From NCBI GenBank assembly GCA_029717555.1, contig JAMDHS010000104.1, positions 1-64,000 on the forward strand: a stretch of DNA of 64,000 nt, read 5' to 3'. Positions 36,027 through 47,479 of the stretch are shown here, piece after piece. The notes beneath the pieces were generated by a model. It saw only the letters and a list, made by a program, of their open reading frames with translations, was not told where the DNA came from and did not search any database. Every line of letters begins with the position of its first letter. Positions within the stretch are counted from its first letter, which is position 1. The position numbers were made by a program, and so were the translations under genes. Source of the DNA: Peribolospora baueri (lineage: Eukaryota).

Positions 36027-36194
36027 TCACCCTTTCCTGCTCCCCGTTCCCAAGAGCTTGGACCGGCTGGGTCTTAGAAAGCCGCAAAAGGAGCCGGCGC
36101 CTAGGCATCGCGGCGCCTTGTCCGGGTTCCTGTGCCCGCACCGGGGACATTCCCAGGCGGCGTTGACGAGGGTGCCGGGTTTGCTGATGGCCAT
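36027..36194 (-). CDS. RanBP2-like zinc-finger microprotein, copy 7 (55 aa unspliced; C-x6-C loop)
   Basis: MAISKPGTLVNAAWECPRCGHRNPDKAPRCLGAGSFCGFLRPSRSKLLGTGSRKG. The stop lies inside the GTGAGT donor. Confidence 0.82.
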   Translation of the reverse strand: MAISKPGTLVNAAWECPRCGHRNPDKAPRCLGAGSFCGFLRPSRSKLLGTGSRKG

Positions 36195-36399
36195 CGTTGT
36201 CGTCCGAGGTTGGGTCGAGGAGGTGGGCCGACTGGTGAGATGAGAAGAGATGAGACGAGACGGCAAAGGGCAAAGCGAAAGGTGTTCAGGCGTTCGTAAG
36301 CGAAGGGGAGGGGAAGGGGGATAGGGGCGAATGTGAGAAGGGGAAGGTGGTGGTGGGCGCCTTAAATGGCCCCCGCCTCGCTCCCACCAGTTTTGCGGA

Positions 36400-36434
36400 C
36401 ATGGTCATGGTCATGGTCATGGTCATGGTCATGG
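36400..36434. repeat. (ATGGTC)n hexanucleotide microsatellite
   Basis: About 5.5 tandem ATGGTC units. Confidence 0.85.
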
Positions 36435-37382
36435 ACACCGACATCGACTCCGACGGCGTGCTGGCCGAACCGAACACCTGACGCCGCGCCTCATCGACGA
36501 CAAACTCGAGCACGTCACGTCGTCACCGCAGCGCCGGGACAATGAGAAATGAGAAATGAGAAAATGAGAAAATGAGGAAGCCGAGGAGATGTAAATAAGC
36601 TGGGTCGTTGTCGTCACCCCGCGTGACGTGCATGGCCGGTGCGCATAGCCCAAGCGCCTCGCTCTGCCCTACCCGGCGTCGACGTCACGTCGCCTCCCAC
36701 AAAGTCGGCCTCGGTCTCCTTAATGAAAGAAACAGAGAGAGAAGACGAGCCGGCCGAAGAATAAGAATAAGGAAAAGAAGATCACGTGTCGTTCATGCTT
36801 CTCGCAGCCGGGTCCGCGAAGGATGCTTCCTATTACCGGTCCCGCTCCCGCTCTCACTCCGGCTCCGTCGGATGGATGGATGGGTTCGGCACGGACGTAC
36901 ATGTACGTATATATTCACACGCGCGACGACACGACAGGTACGGGTACGGGTACGGGCCGGAGGATGTCCGCGAGCCAGCCAGCCAGCCGCGGCGCCCTGT
37001 GTCTGTGTCTGTGTCTGTGTCGTCTGTCTTGTCTTGACGGACCTGAATCGAAACAACGATCATCGTCCGTTCGCTTCGAGGCGCAGGGGTGGGGGGCGGG
37101 ATTAAGCGGTGCTCGATGAGGTGGGTGGGTGATCGTAAGATATGGACGAATGGATCGGCGTATGAGCGTCGTCGTCGTCGTGTCGTTCGTTGGTCTTGTC
37201 CGACGGGCCATCAGCCGTCTATGTATGTGGAGATTTTCATCGAGGCGAGGCGAGGCGAGGCGAGGAGCGCGAGTACGGAGCGGCATAGCAAAAACGATGG
37301 GGTGGGTTGAAAATATCGGCGAGGCATGCCGAAAATGAAAGGAAACGGAGAAAAAGAAAACAAAGGACAAAAAAGGAGGCGG

Positions 37383-40300
37383 TCACCTCGCCTCCTCCTC
37401 CGTCTTGGATCCTCCAGACCGGTCGTTGGCCGAAGCCGCCGCCGTGGCCGCAGCGGCGGCTGCAGTGGTTTTGGTTTTTTGGGCTTGGGCAGCCATGCTC
37501 TTCTCCATCATGGCCCTCGCCTTTTGCCTAGCCTTCTCCTGCCTCTCCTTACGCTCCCTCATCTCCTTCTCCACCACCCGCTCGTCCTCCACCTCCTCCA
37601 CCTCCCTCCTCCGCCTCTCCTCTTCCTCCGCTCTCTCTTCAATCTCTTCAAAGCGCCCGCTCTCCTCCGCCTCCTTCATCGGGTTCTTCACCTTGACCAC
37701 ACCCGTCCGGTCGAGTCGGTCGAAGAGGGTGAACAGTCTCTCCGCCTCGAGCTCCTTCTCCTCCATCGTCATCTCCACCTCTGCGCCGGCCCCCTCGTCC
37801 GGCAGAGGGTCGTACATGCCCGTGATCGGATTGATTGTCCGTCCCGCCTCCGTGTCCGACTTTCCGGGCGCCGCAGGGTGAGGCCCACCGGGGATGGCGG
37901 AGAGCATGTTCTTCTGCATCAAAAAGCCCGCACACGGGCCGTAGCCGATCTGGTTCGTCATCGTCTGAGCTGTAAACGGAGACGGGAGGAGGTTGACGTT
38001 GAGCGAGGGAGAGGCAAGGTTGGACTTTAGCGTCATCTCGCCCGATTGAATCGAACGAGGCAGCTGACGAGGACTCACGATCACCGTCGCACAGCGAGAG
38101 CAAGAGCTCTCCGGCCGCGCGAGCGAGCCGAGGCAGAAGGACGGAGCCCATGATGCGCACGAGCCGACCGGTGAGGTCTTCCCGCTTGTCGAGTGCCACT
38201 GAACGGTCACTAAGAAGGAAGAAAAAAAAAGGAGTCCAAGCGACCGGGACGTCAGACGAGAAGGGACACAAAGGCAGCACGAGTGCGCCCCTCGACGGAC
38301 CGTATGACGACGGACGGGACAGAAAACAACTCACATGTCGTCCGGTAAGACGACCCTCTTGATCGCCCTGCTCATCTCCAAGTCCTCCTCCACCATCTTC
38401 CTCACCACCAACACCAACGGCTGCAAGGTGTCCTCGATGTCGAAGCCATGCTTGGTGGCCAACTGTCTCGCAAATTTGGAGTCCGGGTCCTGAGGGATAT
38501 AGGTGGAGGTCATGGTGGAGAGATAAAGAATCAACCGAGCCGGCAAGGCTGGCAGGTCATCGAACGCCGGCTGAGGGAGCGAGGCGGTGGAGAGCACGGG
38601 CGAGGACGTGCCGCTGCCGGACGGAGGGGTGGTGCCGGACGCGCCCTGCGCTGACCCGCCGCCGCCGCCTGGGCTCTGATTGGCGCTGGAGGAAGCTTGA
38701 GCGCCGGCGGGGGAAGGAGAGGAGGAGCGAAAGTGACTGGAGGAGGAGGAGGAGACGAGAGAGGAGATGGCGCCGCTGAAGCGCCGTATGCTGATCCCGC
38801 CAGGCGACGAGGCAGACGCGGCGGCCGGCTGAGGATCGGCGGATCGGAACCAGACGGAGCGAGAGGGGGCGACGGGGTAGTTGAGGAGCACGCCGATGGC
38901 GTTCGTTACTGGCGGCACGAGTGGCACGGGTTGCGACGGCGGCAAGTCGGTAACGATGTCTGTGAGCACGGGTAGGAGCCTGAGGTCGTCGTCGAAGACG
39001 GGAAAGAAAAGAGCGGGTGATGAAAACAGACGGCAAGAGGGAGCGGCTACATGTCAGCGACGCCGGTCCCTATCGCGGGCGCGGCACGCCACTCACTTTT
39101 CCAACTTGGGATCCCATGCACCGGTAGCGACGGCAGCCTCATCCGAATCCCCGTCCTCCCCGTTCTCCTCCGCCTTTCCCTTTTCTCTCCTCTCACGATC
39201 TCTCAGCCTGGGATAGTACAAGCCAAGGTTGAAGACAAGTTTGAGGATGTCGGTGATCGCCGTCAGGGCCTGTTGAGGAGTTCCAGGAGCGGGGGAGAAA
39301 CCGGCGATGGAGGCGGAGATGGCGGAGGAGGAAGGGGAGGAGGGTGTGGAGGAAGAGGAGGAAGAGGCGAAGGCGAACGGCGATTTCGAACGCGGGGGTA
39401 CGGGCGCTGGAGTGTGAATGGGAGGAACGACGGTGGCGAGGAGTGAGGCCAGGCTCTGTGGGAAAGGGAAGGCCGATGAATGATATTAGCGCTCATGCTA
39501 CACTCACGCAACCGACCAGGTAGGCGGCCCGACTGGCTTCTATCGATGTCACAGACGACAGCCGACACGCACCCCGGTCAAGGTGTCCACGATGCCCAGC
39601 TCGTCGACGGCGACCTTGTTGAAAGAGGCCTCGAAGAGGGTGATGAAGAAGAGGATGCGAGCGGCGAGGAATTGTATCTCCGCTGGCGTTCGGGACGGGT
39701 GCTGGAAGGGAGAAGGAGAGAAGCGTGGTGAGAGACGGGTACGGGTGAGACAAGACGAGACGGACGACGCTCTTAAAGAAGATCGGAGCCTTGGCGGGAG
39801 CGTCAGGCGGAAGCCCAAGAACGCCGACGTACTCACCTCCAGCAGCTTGACGACGACCGCGCCTCCGCCGCCGGGCGCGCTCTTTCCGTTCCTCTGTTCG
39901 TCAGCGGAAACCGAAACCAAGCCGACGGCGTCGTCTACGTCGATCTCGACAAACGTCTTCCTCGCCCGCTCGTGTAGGTAGAGGGCATTGTTGAGACAGC
40001 GGAGGGCGACATCGGTGATGGCATAAGGGTCCTTCTTGTTTTTGCCGGCGGTGTCCGCTGTCGAAGAGGAGCCCACACTGGGAGAAGCGATGGAGGAGGA
40101 TCGGCGAGGGCTGGGAGAAGGTGGGCGGACGCGTTGGGGGACGGAGGAGGAAGGCAAAGAAGGGGATTGGTCTGGAGGAGTGGAGGGCAGCGGGTGAACT
40201 TCGATTTGAGAGACGAGCACACGGAGCGACTGGGAGCGGACGATACGATGACGTGAGCAGGGGAGGGGAGGAATGAGGTGTAAGCGTGCACCGTCCATGG

Positions 40301-40709
40301 ACGCAAAGACGATCCCATATGAACCGCCGACGCACCTTGGGCTCGGCGAGGGCGTGACTGCCACCGGGGAGACGACCGAGCTCCTTGAGAACTTGGAGGG
40401 CGAGTAATCGGACTGAACGGGGAGACGATGGGGAAAAAGGGGGTGAGTGAGAAGGGTGGAAAGACGAATTCGACGAAGAGAGGACGGCTCACCACCGTCG
40501 TCCCAGCCCGTGCTCCTCTCGGTGCGAGGGACGGAGGCGGCGTCAAGATCGGAGATGAGCACGGTGGCCCACTCGGAGCGCTTATGCTCGACGAGGTCCT
40601 GTGCGGCCTGGGGACATCGGGCGAGGAAGGCGTCGAGGCTGGACCGGACGGGGACGGGGTCGCGAAGGCGGACGAGGTGGGGGATGGAGAGGTAGGAGGG
40701 CGAGGGCAT
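37383..40709 (-). CDS. ric8: Ric8/synembryn G-alpha guanine nucleotide exchange factor/chaperone, multi-exon
   Basis: ALRCLNNALYL, FLAARILFFIT, PPVTNAIGVLLN, GELLLSLCD, QIGYGPCAGFL, INPITG and MTMEEKELEAERLFTLFDRL. Confidence 0.93.
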
Positions 40710-42149
40710 CGTCTCGTCCGGTCTGAGGGAGCGCCGGGGCGATGGGCGACGGTGTGGAGGAAGGGGGGAAAAGGGAAGAGGGCGGTGGTGCGCAAATCAA
40801 GCAGTGACGACGGGGGAGGTGGCGAGTGGGAGACGAGTAAGACGAATCGCTTGTCTGTCTCTCAAGATGACGGAGACAGACGCCGGCAGCCGACGGCAAG
40901 ATTCAGATTGCGGCGACGGACGGGGACGTTGCAGCGATCGCGTGCAGAGGGCGAAGCGGGACAGAGGTCGGTCGGGGGGTCGGAGAAGCGGGGCGACGAC
41001 GGCGGGGAGCCGTCGAGGCGAGCAAGTAGGTAGGTGGGAGGAGGCGAGGGAAGACGAGGAAAGATGGAAAAGGGAGATGATATAATGAACGAGATGGAAG
41101 AGGCGATGAAGAGGAGATGAAGATTCGATGCGCAGATCTCATTGCCACGGCGACCCAACCCACAGGCCACTTGCCGCAGCAGCCCGCAAAGCCGAGCTCT
41201 AGTCGTGGCCATGGCATTAGTCGCCGCAGTCGACGGCATTTCACCCTCCGTCCGTTTCATCCGCTTCGGTTCGTCGTCGCAAGGCAGACATACAGAAGAG
41301 ACGAGACGAGACGGAAATGGAAACGGAAATGGAGGTCGCGCGGGGGCGAACGCTGGACCGGACGATGGGACGATGGGACGATGGGGGAAGAAAGAAAGGG
41401 CGCATATGCGGGACAATGGACATGGACATGGTGTGCTCCCTCGCCCCAGCTAATATGCATTCTATAGCAGCGACGCCCAGTCTACGCCGCGCTCTGTCCC
41501 TTGCCGCTCAGGGCGCGAATGACACGGCGAGACTTGTCATCATCGTCGTTCTGATGGCTGGTTGGACGGTGGGATGGTCGGCTGGTTCGATGGTTGGCAT
41601 CCATGAGCGTCTCACTCTGCTTCCTGCTGCTAAATGATTGCGCCACGTGCAATTCCCTCCTTTCTTCTTCCAGCCGTGTACGTGTAGGCTGACGGGCAGC
41701 AAAGCCAAGTCGCTCATCCGCCCCTAAGCCTGCGCCCACATCGCCGATCGACTTGGGAAAGCCTCAACACTTTTAATTAACACAGAGACGTATTCCGAGA
41801 CAAGGAGCATTCGTACGACATGACATGAGAGGAAGGAGAGAAAGCGTTCGAGCGTTCGAGCAAGGGGGAGGGGGCGCTGATAGACTGACCGGGGCCAGGA
41901 CTGCGACTGTGCAACGCGAAGGAAGGGAAGGAGAAGAGGTGCGACGTGAAATCCATCCATCCAGGAGTACCCGTGCTGTCCGTATTCCTTATTCGTTCAA
42001 AATGCCCTTTTCTTCCACCCGTCCGCCCGACTGATGACGAGCCCAGCTCAGAAGAGTCCCATACCAAGCGAGCGGCCCGCGATGAGCACGGCTAGCAAGC
42101 CGGCCCACCGGACCGCCGCTGCAGCTGGTGGTCCGAGCTTGCCTGCGAG

Positions 42150-43270
42150 AAGGGTGGAGAAGGCGGGTGCGGAGGAGGAAAACTGGTGTCGGCTGGGCAG
42201 GGGCAAATGAACGCTGCTCGGTATGGCGTCTGCGGCCAACGTCGATCCGTTTCCGTTTCCCAAGACGATCTGGGACTTGCCCAGTTCGGTGCCGTTCGCG
42301 GCCATCTGCTCGCGAGCGCTTGGATCCACGCGGGCGCCCTTTCCGTCTTGCCCGCGGTAGTGGTGTTCAGCACTGTCTCGAAGCCGAAAGACGCCGCGGA
42401 GGAGAGGTTGGTCAGTGGGCCGGCACGGCTCGACGGTGGCGGCGGAGGAGGATCGGTTGGAGAAGGTGAGCGTCAGGTTTGACGTGGCGGGTGCCGTGGA
42501 GAACTCATATTTCTTCGCCCGGTCTGGATGGCGGGGAAAGTGGAGGAAGGGTTAGCGTGAGCGGGGCGTGCACTCTCGCCTTGGCTAGGAACCAAGAAGC
42601 GAGCCGGCGCGACGGGGGGACGCACAGCAGTGCGATCACGTCAGAAGGGAAAAGCGGCGGTGCGGTCGAGTCAGGTCGGCGTTTCTGGACTGCTTGAGAA
42701 GACGAGCGTTCTCACATTCGGTAAAGTATGGACGGTAGCCCCAACCGACGAACCAATTTCCGTTATCGAGAAGCTGTACGCCGCCCTGACTCTCGGAGAC
42801 GTTGGCGTACGTGGGGAACATGGCCACAGCGACGTCGGCGGTCATGGCGCTCTGGTCGACGTGAAGGACGAAGTCTCGTGCGGTGGGCCTGTGGGCTTGT
42901 AGCCTCCGTCTGCGTTGTCGAAGACGCTGGGAAGGTGGGTAAAGAAAAAGAAAAGGTGGGGATGATCCATCTGATCACCATCGGGCCCGCGCTCGCGGAC
43001 CGACGCGAAGCGACGGGGACGCCTCTCCTGATCTGCGAATAATGTGCCATCTGGCGTCGTGCTGATACCAAAACGTGGCATTATCGCCCATCCTAAAGCT
43101 GTTCAGCTTGCCACCGAGGCGGCACAGGAACGTCTCCGGCAGTGCCGTCGATTTTGTAGACGGCGGAAGGGCCGCGGGGAGAGATTAGGCAGTGGCCAGA
43201 GGCGTCCTTTTCAAGCGAGTTGATGCGGCACCAGTCCAAGGAGGTCGAGGGGTCGGTGGGCGCCGAGGGG
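42150..43270 (-). pseudogene. Arylsulfotransferase (ASST-like) pseudogene, C-terminal part
   Basis: DWCRINSLEKDASGHCLIS.RG.SAVYKIDG, (fs) RLGGK.NSF..GDNATFWYQHDARW, VFDNA, SQGGVQLLDNGNWFVGWG, GFET and ANGTELGKS. Frameshifts are present and the N-terminus is missing. Confidence 0.75.
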
Positions 43271-43964
43271 AATGAGTGGGGGGGAGTTTCTGGCGCACGG
43301 CTCTCGGTCCTCCCAGCTAACCGCTGGTGACTACTCACAAGTAGGACTCGTTGAGGGAGAGATGCTGTAGTGCGCTCAGATAAGCGCTCCTTCCTCCGCC
43401 CGGCTCCTGATGCGCACCCGCTCTCTCTCTCCGCACCGTCTCTCCGTGTCTCTCCCCCGCACAACTGCTGCGGCGAGGAAGGTTGGTTACGTCATGGCTC
43501 CTATGGCGGGGGGCGTGGAAAGCACAGTGCGGCAATGTATACTACGCTGCAAGCGGTAAGCACGCATTAAACACGCATTAAACACGCCGTGTACACACAG
43601 CCCCATGTGCTGACAAAGACCCGACGTCGGCGATCGGCGGCCGCAGTCGCTCGCCCCGGCGTAGCACGTGCGAGTTAGCGGCACACGCGGTGTGAAAATG
43701 ACGACGTGAGGAATGGAAGGCGAGGAGGCGACTTATGCAATTATTAGATACATCACGAATTAGAGGTACAAGGCGAGGGACGGGCAGGACAGGGACCGGC
43801 GACGTCGCAGGGACAAGACAGGACAGAAGAGCGTCATCGCGCCGCCGTCCTCGTCTCGTCCCTACTTCCACCTTCCACCTCACGCACCATCCCCATCCCG
43901 TCTTCTATCTTAGTCCTGCCCGCCAACCCCCTTCTATTGCCCTCCTCACCACCCACCCACCACC

Positions 43965-45088
43965 ATGCCGCGCTTCTGCGTCGGCCTAGGTACCTTCTTC
44001 ACTGCTGCCGCCGTCGTCCTCCTCATCTTCGCCCACATCTCCTCCCTCTCCACCCAGCTCGTCCCCAGACATCTCTATGTCGTCTCCGTCGACACCACCG
44101 GCTTCGATAAAGCCCTTCGTGCCATCCCCGCCAGCTTGCCCATCGGCCGCGACGTCTATGCGCCCCAACAAAACATCTCCCTCGGCGGCCATCAAGGCTT
44201 GAGGGACGTCTACCAGTGGGGCCTCTGGGGTGAGTCAGTGGGCGATCGCACGCGAACACGCCCACCTCGACATCGCTCTGATCCCCTTCCCTTCCCCCGC
44301 TCCAGGCGCCTGCGCTGGCCAAGCCATCGGCGGCGGCGCCGAAGCCTGCAACAAGACGCACATCGCCTATGCCTTCGACCCCGTCGCCGCCATTCTTGCA
44401 GACCTGCCCACGGCCTACGCCGACCCAGCGACTGAGATTCTGGGCGGCACGAGCACCTTCCAGGACACTCGCTATCTCAGGCTCTTTAGTCAAATCGCTT
44501 TTTATTTTGTGAGTCGCCGCGCCGACGGCTTCGAGGGAGGAGATTCATGGACGTCCGGCAGCGACCTTCTCACCTGTTTCCTCTCGTATGGGCAGATCTT
44601 CGTGGCAGCCATCCTCGCCGGTGTGACCCTGCTCATCGGCTGGGTCGCCCACCGCTTTGCCTTCCTCACCGCCGCCTTTTTCGCTTTCTTCGCCGCCGTC
44701 GCTTGCGCCGTCGGGGCCATCATTTGTGAGCTCTCATTGGGTCGAACGCGCCTCGCTCCTGCCTTTTTTCCCTCGAGTCTGGAGCGCCGCCTGACTGCTC
44801 TTCTCTCTCCGCCCACCAGGGACCGTGATCGTCACCAAGGTACGATCAGCTGTCAATGGTCTGACTCCCAATGGCGTCGACATCGGCATCGACGTGGAGT
44901 ACGGCAACGCGCTCTGGTGTGTCCTCCATCTATTGTCTTGCATTTTCTGCCCTTCTGGCCGTCGCTCATTCGTTTGCTGTCTTTTCGTTCGTTTTTGCAG
45001 GGTCGTCTGGGGCGCCTTTGCCGCCCTCATCCTCTCCGTCATCCCCTTCATTTTTGCCTGCTGCGTCGGCCGTAGGGACAAGTATTGA
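43965..45088 (+). CDS. SUR7/PalI family four-TM membrane protein, multi-exon
   Basis: N-terminal TM, GLRDVYQWGLWG.CAG....C (claudin-like Cys motif), three further TMs, and VEYGNALW..WGA. Confidence 0.85.
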
Positions 45089-45838
45089 GCGGCCTGACGC
45101 GAATGGCGTGAACGACGAGTCGGCCTCCGCCTAGACACACGATCGGCCACGGTCGCCACGCTCCGCTCCGCCCGCTCGTCCCTTCCCGAACTCTTCCTTC
45201 GTCGCCCGTCCAGTGTTGCTCCGGCTTTCGCTCACAGTAGATACTTTACACTATTTTTTGCCTTTGTCCCTTTCGCTCCCGCCTTTTTATGTATTGTTTT
45301 GCGGCTCCCCCTTTTGCTTAGCTGGATCGTCCTCGTTCACCGGTCCGCTGAGTCTGTTCGTGTGCTCGAGTCGATCATTTGTTCGTCCGTTACCCTTTTC
45401 CCCGTCCGGTTTTCTCTTACATCCGTTGACGACGTTTCTCCGCACGACCGTCGACCGTTGAAGACGTTCTCCCCACTCCCCTCACGACCGTCCGTCGATC
45501 ACGTCTTACTCGCCCTTGCCTTTTGCTCGTCCGGCACGTCGTTCCATGGAACGATGACATATTGCTATCCCACCTTCGCTTTCCTTTTTGCACTCTTCGG
45601 CCGAGTCGCGTCGGGTCGCGTCGCAGATCGCGTCCAGTCATGTCGGATGTCGCCGCCTCGCGAGGGGGAGGGGGAGATATATTAGATTAGCCAACAGAGC
45701 CGCACGCTCGCCATCTTGCCCGCCCCGCCTTCCTTACGCCGTACGCCGTACGTCGGCGTCGTGGGTCGAAGTGATATCCTCGTCGAGTCCAGGCCATTCA
45801 TTGTCTAGGGAATAAGAAAAGGCGCTGTTGCTCTTTCT

Positions 45839-45905
45839 GCTTGACTTGACTTGGTTTGACTTGACTTGGTTTGGTTTGGCTTGGCTTGGCTTGGTTTGGC
45901 TTGGC
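45839..45905. repeat. (CTTGA/CTTGG/TTTGG)n pentanucleotide microsatellite
   Basis: Read directly. Confidence 0.85.
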
Positions 45906-46171
45906 CGAGGGACGTCCCCAGTTCCGACCTGGCAGCTGGGGAACGGAGGGGACGGAGGGGACGGAGGAACGGGACGGCCTTCTCGCCAGCCCTCCCTCCC
46001 TCCACTCGCTCCGCACTCCTCTCGTCCTCCTCGGCCCTTGGACAACACCCTCCCCACAAGCTATGTAGAACCTCTTTAAATCCCCGTACTCCCCGTTTAC
46101 TCTGTCGCGACGACGTCTGTGGGCGTGGCCGTGGCCGTGGACGCTCGGCTTTGAGGACTAGCTTACACTCG

Positions 46172-47146
46172 TCACGTCTCCACCTCTTCCATGTCCTCAT
46201 CCTCATCCTCATCCTCATCCTCATCCTCATCCTCATCCTCATCCTCATCCTCATCCTCATCCTCCGCCTCGCCTCCTGTCGCTTCTTCCTTAGCCGCCTC
46301 CGCCTCCGCCGGCCCACCCCGCCCAGCCTCCTCCATTTCCGCATCGTCAGAGCCCTCGTCCTCTGCCGACTCGTCCGCGCGCTCTCCGACCTTTCCAGAG
46401 TCATCGTCCGGAATCCTGATGCTCCACCGCTCGCTCTCGTCCGCGCCGAGGTCCGAAAGGACTCCAGAGGCGTGAGCGAGCAGGTCGTCATGCGCCTTTG
46501 CGCGCGCCCGCACAGACTCCAGCTGCTTCAGCACGCCCTCCTCCCTCGCCTCCTCCTCCTCCTCCTTTTCTCCCTCGGCCAGACCGGCGACCAACGCGTC
46601 CTCAGCGTCCTTGACGTCTTGGCGAAAGTTGCGCGACAGGAGCACGCTCGCCGTAAACTCCTTCTCCGGCGCGACCTCTAGCGCGGGCTGCACGAGGACA
46701 CGAGGGAGGGGATTGTTGCGGTCCACGTACGTCACCTTTTCGTCGTCCGCGTCTCCACGAAGATGGAAAGCTGTGAATAGCGTTGGGTTCGCCGAAGAGA
46801 GCGAGGAGAGGAGAGAGTGGGACTGCGAAAGCAGGACGTTGTAGCTCGCCAGAAGGTCGGGCCTGCGAGAACGAAAAAGAAAACACGTGGGTGTGCAGCC
46901 ACAAAGAAGTCAGACGAACGCCTTGTCAAACCACGTAGCTCGGCCCCTCTCCCCACCCGCGTTCACCCACCAGCTCGCCATGCCCTGCTGTTCGAGCAGC
47001 TTCCTCTCCAACTCCTTGATGCTCCCCTCCACGCCCGCCATCCTCGCCTTGAGCTGGTTGAGCTGCTCTACTGGCAGCTTGGTCGGGCCCAGCGAAGGAA
47101 GACCGAGCCCTTCCGGCGCCGCCGCCTCTGCCCGAGGGCGGGACAT
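46172..47146 (-). CDS. MED8: Probable Mediator subunit 8 with acidic (ED)n tail, 2 exons
   Basis: LPVEQLNQLKARM...SIKEL...MASW|PDLLASYNVLLSQSHSL...LVQP...VLLSR...AHDDL matches the basidiomycete Med8 pattern as recalled. Confidence 0.65.
46196..46263. repeat. (CCTCAT)n coding microsatellite encoding (ED)n on the minus strand
   Basis: About 11 tandem units. Confidence 0.9.
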
Positions 47147-47479
47147 GTTGAACGGTGGGTGTTCAAGAAAGGGAGTGACGCTCGACAGCGCCCAAGGGCA
47201 TCGTCAACGTCACTGTCACCGTTCCGTCTCCGTCTCCGGCCCGCGACTACAACTAGAACACCGCCTACGACCGCCGGAGCTAAGTACACGTAAGCATGAC
47301 TAACGTATCACGTGACGCGCCGCACGGCTCAGGCCGAGCGCGGCGGAGCGTCGATGAAGGCGAAGGACGGGCTGAAGCGCCAGCGAGGCTTTCTCAGCCG
47401 CCTCTCCACCGTCGACGTTCTTCCACAACCCCGGCGCTCGTCCTTCTTCCTTGGTAATACCAAATCAACGGGAACCAAC

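Noticed and set aside
31779..36194. Array as mating pheromone precursors or metallothioneins
   Set aside because: There is no C-terminal CAAX and no receptor nearby. The peptides have only four Cys, in a W/N-anchored zinc-finger spacing.
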